From Pirellulales bacterium (lineage in GTDB: Bacteria; Planctomycetota; Planctomycetia; Pirellulales; UBA1268), in assembly GCA_016776925.1 (NCBI GenBank), contig JADHSL010000005.1, positions 11,916 through 75,915 of the forward strand: 64,000 nt of DNA. Direction: 5' to 3'. Both the position numbers and the translations under genes were made by a program. Shown here piece by piece: positions 61,020 to 64,000 of the stretch. How positions within the stretch are numbered: position 1 is the stretch's first letter; each line of letters opens with the position of its first letter. The notes under the pieces are model-generated. The model was not told the origin of the DNA. It worked only from the letters and a program-made list of their open reading frames with translations, and did not search any database.

Positions 61020-62642
61020 TTAGGTTCGATACTTTATTTTACTATTTTCTTCGGGCTTCTTTTTCTTCCCACCACCGAAACCAAACCAACCACGCTGCAT
61101 CATTTCAACATTAATGGTTTGACCATTGAGTCGTTCCATTGTCTCTGCAAGCTCTGACAGACTTTTTTGTAGCGACTGAGTGTACTCCTGCACGCTACTT
61201 GCAGCCTCTGACATAAGGTCAGTGGACCGTCCCCTCGCGTCCTGCGCAGTGGATGCCATGGCTGCTATTTCATCGCGTGTTGACTCAACCATTTTCCCTA
61301 ACTGCTCGACCTGTCCGGCATTTTTTTCATACAGCCGATCGTGGGCGTTACTCCAACCCTCCTCGACTTTTACAGCAAGTTTCTCACCCATTCCATCAAG
61401 TCTTCCAACAAAATTTGATAATGACTGTTCCGTCTGCGTAATTCGCTCAGTCTGCTTCTCATCGATTTTTTTCCATGAGTCAAAGAGATCCGCAGAGACG
61501 CCCTTCCCAAGAGTCTTGAGCTGACCGATCCAGCCCTCAAGCTCTGCCCTATGCACTTTTAGAGCAGCTTGCACAACATCCTGCATGTCATTACGACTTG
61601 CAGAAGGCAGGCGATGATCCTCGGAATTCCTGCCATCTTCAAGTCGACGTAAAAGATATTCATTGGTGTACTCATCAACTTCACCAATAACGTCGCCCTC
61701 GAGTTTCTGAAGCGCACTTACTGGAAATGTAAGAATCATCGCCATCGCAAGAGCAACCAGTGTGGTATCGAATGATGTACCAAGACCACCTGTAATACTT
61801 TTTAGACCAACCTTCAGTGACTCCATATCGCTTGAACTACTCAGCGTATCGGTAAATCCACCAACAGCGGAACTCACACCGATAACAGTTCCAAGAAAAC
61901 CGAGAATCGGAATCGCCCAAATGAAAACATGGAACATTGTGTAACTCGAGTCGACACTGCTGGCATCGAGATCTGACTGACTCGAAAGCATCGTGGCCGT
62001 ATCAGCCGCACTTTTTCGGACACGAAAGTGCTCAAGACCTCGCACACATCGAGTGACAAGAAAACTGCCGACGGCATTTTTGGGGAGTTCACTAATGTAC
62101 TCAAGAAACTTATCAAGGTTTCTTTCTGTAATCTTCTCTCCAATATCACTTGGTAGAACATCAAATAACATGGCTCGCTGCTGGCGACGAATCTTTCGAA
62201 GCTTGCCAACGAGCATGGTCGCTGCCCAGAAGAACAAGAATACTTCTGTGTATGGAACCCACTGGCCGGTCGCAAGAGTCGAACCCTCTCCACCCATGAA
62301 GAGACGGCCCAGATATGAGCGATCATCTGCTGGTCCAGCAAAAGGTAAAAGTAGGAGATAGAAGACAACTGTGGCTGCGAGACCAAATAGGGCATAAAGT
62401 CCTACGTTTACATTTGTATTCGCAGTGACCGACAGCACTCGGGCACGCGCTACTGACTCTGGAGTTTGTGCAACTCCACCTTCTTTTGTTGCCTGCCCTG
62501 CTTTTGTACCACCTGCCGGTTTTTCAGGCCGTTTGACGGTTATCGAACTGCGACAATGCGGACAACGTGCGGTCTTGCCAACAAGTTCGTCACGAACTTT
62601 GAGGCTTTTATCACAGTCTGGGCAGGACATTGTGAAGTACAT
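61020..62642 (-). CDS. MotA/TolQ/ExbB proton-channel family protein with N-terminal zinc ribbon and long C-terminal helical tail
   Basis: CPDC...CPHC; IWAIPILGFLGTVIG and GLGTSFDTTLVAL TM pair; ~200-aa helical tail. Confidence 0.85.
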   Translation of the reverse strand: MYFTMSCPDCDKSLKVRDELVGKTARCPHCRSSITVKRPEKPAGGTKAGQATKEGGVAQTPESVARARVLSVTANTNVNVGLYALFGLAATVVFYLLLLPFAGPADDRSYLGRLFMGGEGSTLATGQWVPYTEVFLFFWAATMLVGKLRKIRRQQRAMLFDVLPSDIGEKITERNLDKFLEYISELPKNAVGSFLVTRCVRGLEHFRVRKSAADTATMLSSQSDLDASSVDSSYTMFHVFIWAIPILGFLGTVIGVSSAVGGFTDTLSSSSDMESLKVGLKSITGGLGTSFDTTLVALAMAMILTFPVSALQKLEGDVIGEVDEYTNEYLLRRLEDGRNSEDHRLPSASRNDMQDVVQAALKVHRAELEGWIGQLKTLGKGVSADLFDSWKKIDEKQTERITQTEQSLSNFVGRLDGMGEKLAVKVEEGWSNAHDRLYEKNAGQVEQLGKMVESTRDEIAAMASTAQDARGRSTDLMSEAASSVQEYTQSLQKSLSELAETMERLNGQTINVEMMQRGWFGFGGGKKKKPEENSKIKYRT

Positions 62643-62808
62643 TGAAATATTCTCACAAAATTACGGCGTACTGCAGAAATTATGCTCATAAACAGTACGA
62701 CTCGGAAACAAAATCACACGAGCAACGGCACCCCAACAAGTCGTTCGAAATCTTCCTAATCAGCCTATCGCGACCCGTACAGCAAAGCAACTCATATGAA
62801 AACGACAG

Positions 62809-63948
62809 CTAGCCATTCACTTTTGACCATGCGTGACTTTTCGCGCTCGCAAGTACTGCATCACACACTCGTTGTGTTTCAAGTGCATCCCGAAAGGTTG
62901 GATGACACGGTTCGCCCTTTGCGTAGCAGGTCAAAAAATCAGCTACCTGATGCACAAATGAATGCTCATAGCCAATTGCCAGACCTGGCACCCACCAGTT
63001 GCCCATATAGGGGTGCTCCCCATCTGTGACATGGACACTCTTCCAGCCACGTTCTGGACCTTCGTCACTGTAGTCAAAGATTTCTAAACGATGAAGATCA
63101 TGAAGATCCCACTTGATGCTCATATTTTCACCGTTGATCTCAAAGGTATACAACGCCTTGTGACCACGGGCATATCGCGTGCTCTCAAAAAGACCAAGTG
63201 AACCGTTTTCAAAATGACAAAGAAACGAGCAGGCATCATCGATTTCAACTGGCTCTTTTTTACCAGTCAGTTGATGCGTTCGTTCCTTCACAAATGTTTC
63301 GGTCATGGCCGTCACATCAGAAACTGATCCATTCAGCCAAAGAGCAGTGTCGATGCAGTGGGCAAGTAAATCACCCGTTACACCACTACCCGCGGCCTTT
63401 GCATCAAGCCGCCAAAGCGCTTCACCACCCTGGGGCAAATCAGCACTGATCGTCCAATCCTGAAGGAATTCAGCTCTGTAATGAAAGACTCGACCAAGCC
63501 GGCCGTCGTCAATCAATTGTTTGGCGAATGTTACAGCTGGAATTCTTCGATAGTTGTACCAGACCGTATTTGGCACCCCGGCTTTCTCTACAGCCTCACA
63601 CATTATCTCGCCTTCTGCGGTATCCATTGACAGAGGCTTCTCACACAAAATTGCCTTTCCGTGCTTGGCTGCTTCTATCGCTATGTCAGCATGAAGGTTG
63701 TTCGGGGTACAGATATCAATGACATCAATATCATCGGAGGCGACAAGTTTTCGCCAATCATTTTCAACACGTTGATACCCCCACTTATCAGCGAAGGCTT
63801 GCGCTTTCTCTGCATTTCGTGCAGCAACGGCCTGAAGAACTGGTACATACTCAAGGTCGAAAAAATTCTTTACACGGTTGTAGCCGTTGGAGTGTGCACG
63901 AGCCATAAAGCCGTAGCCAATCATGCCAATACGGAGTGGTTTTGCCAT
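62809..63948 (-). CDS. Gfo/Idh/MocA family oxidoreductase
   Basis: [47 protein letters not shown]. Confidence 0.93.
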   Translation of the reverse strand: MAKPLRIGMIGYGFMARAHSNGYNRVKNFFDLEYVPVLQAVAARNAEKAQAFADKWGYQRVENDWRKLVASDDIDVIDICTPNNLHADIAIEAAKHGKAILCEKPLSMDTAEGEIMCEAVEKAGVPNTVWYNYRRIPAVTFAKQLIDDGRLGRVFHYRAEFLQDWTISADLPQGGEALWRLDAKAAGSGVTGDLLAHCIDTALWLNGSVSDVTAMTETFVKERTHQLTGKKEPVEIDDACSFLCHFENGSLGLFESTRYARGHKALYTFEINGENMSIKWDLHDLHRLEIFDYSDEGPERGWKSVHVTDGEHPYMGNWWVPGLAIGYEHSFVHQVADFLTCYAKGEPCHPTFRDALETQRVCDAVLASAKSHAWSKVNG

Positions 63949-64000
63949 CAATCTCTTCCTTTCGCAATCTTTTTTAGTTCCAACCATGTGCATCGCGCAC

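Noticed and set aside
58861-62642. Zorya anti-phage system
   Set aside because: The B-like proteins lack an evident OmpA/MotB peptidoglycan-binding domain, and no ZorC/D/E-like helicase or nuclease gene is adjacent.

Overview
A ~64 kb gene-dense bacterial chromosomal window, almost certainly from a planctomycete. The evidence is two DUF1549/DUF1553 cytochrome c + DUF1501 gene pairs, a PVC-type CxxCH protein, three formylglycine-type sulfatases and a LEPR-xLL-type N-terminal motif. The left ~14 kb is a carbohydrate/sulfate accessory block ending at tRNA-Leu(CAA). The middle is mostly housekeeping (metF, folK-panC-lgt, MMPL-rlmI, ilvN-ilvC, rpsB-tsf-pyrH-frr), followed by a six-gene ABC cluster. 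The right side holds membrane-modification genes, ppdK, a DASS transporter, a LarA-domain protein and a MotA/ExbB-type motor operon. I found no CRISPR array, integrase, transposase or rRNA. Four things stand out. (1) A 1105-aa ORF fuses a NatB-like ABC permease, a CPBP/CAAX intramembrane protease and a complete GluR0-like ligand-gated channel module with a non-TVGYG filter. (2) An operon encodes a zinc-ribbon ExbB/MotA protein with a long tail, two different Asp-bearing ExbD-like partners and a lipobox-carrying S26 peptidase. (3) An orphan secreted-type protein contains a Cys-bracketed glycine-zipper hairpin. (4) An F-type-lectin-like module is inserted into the PVC heme protein. All family calls come from motif recognition by eye; no database searches were run.
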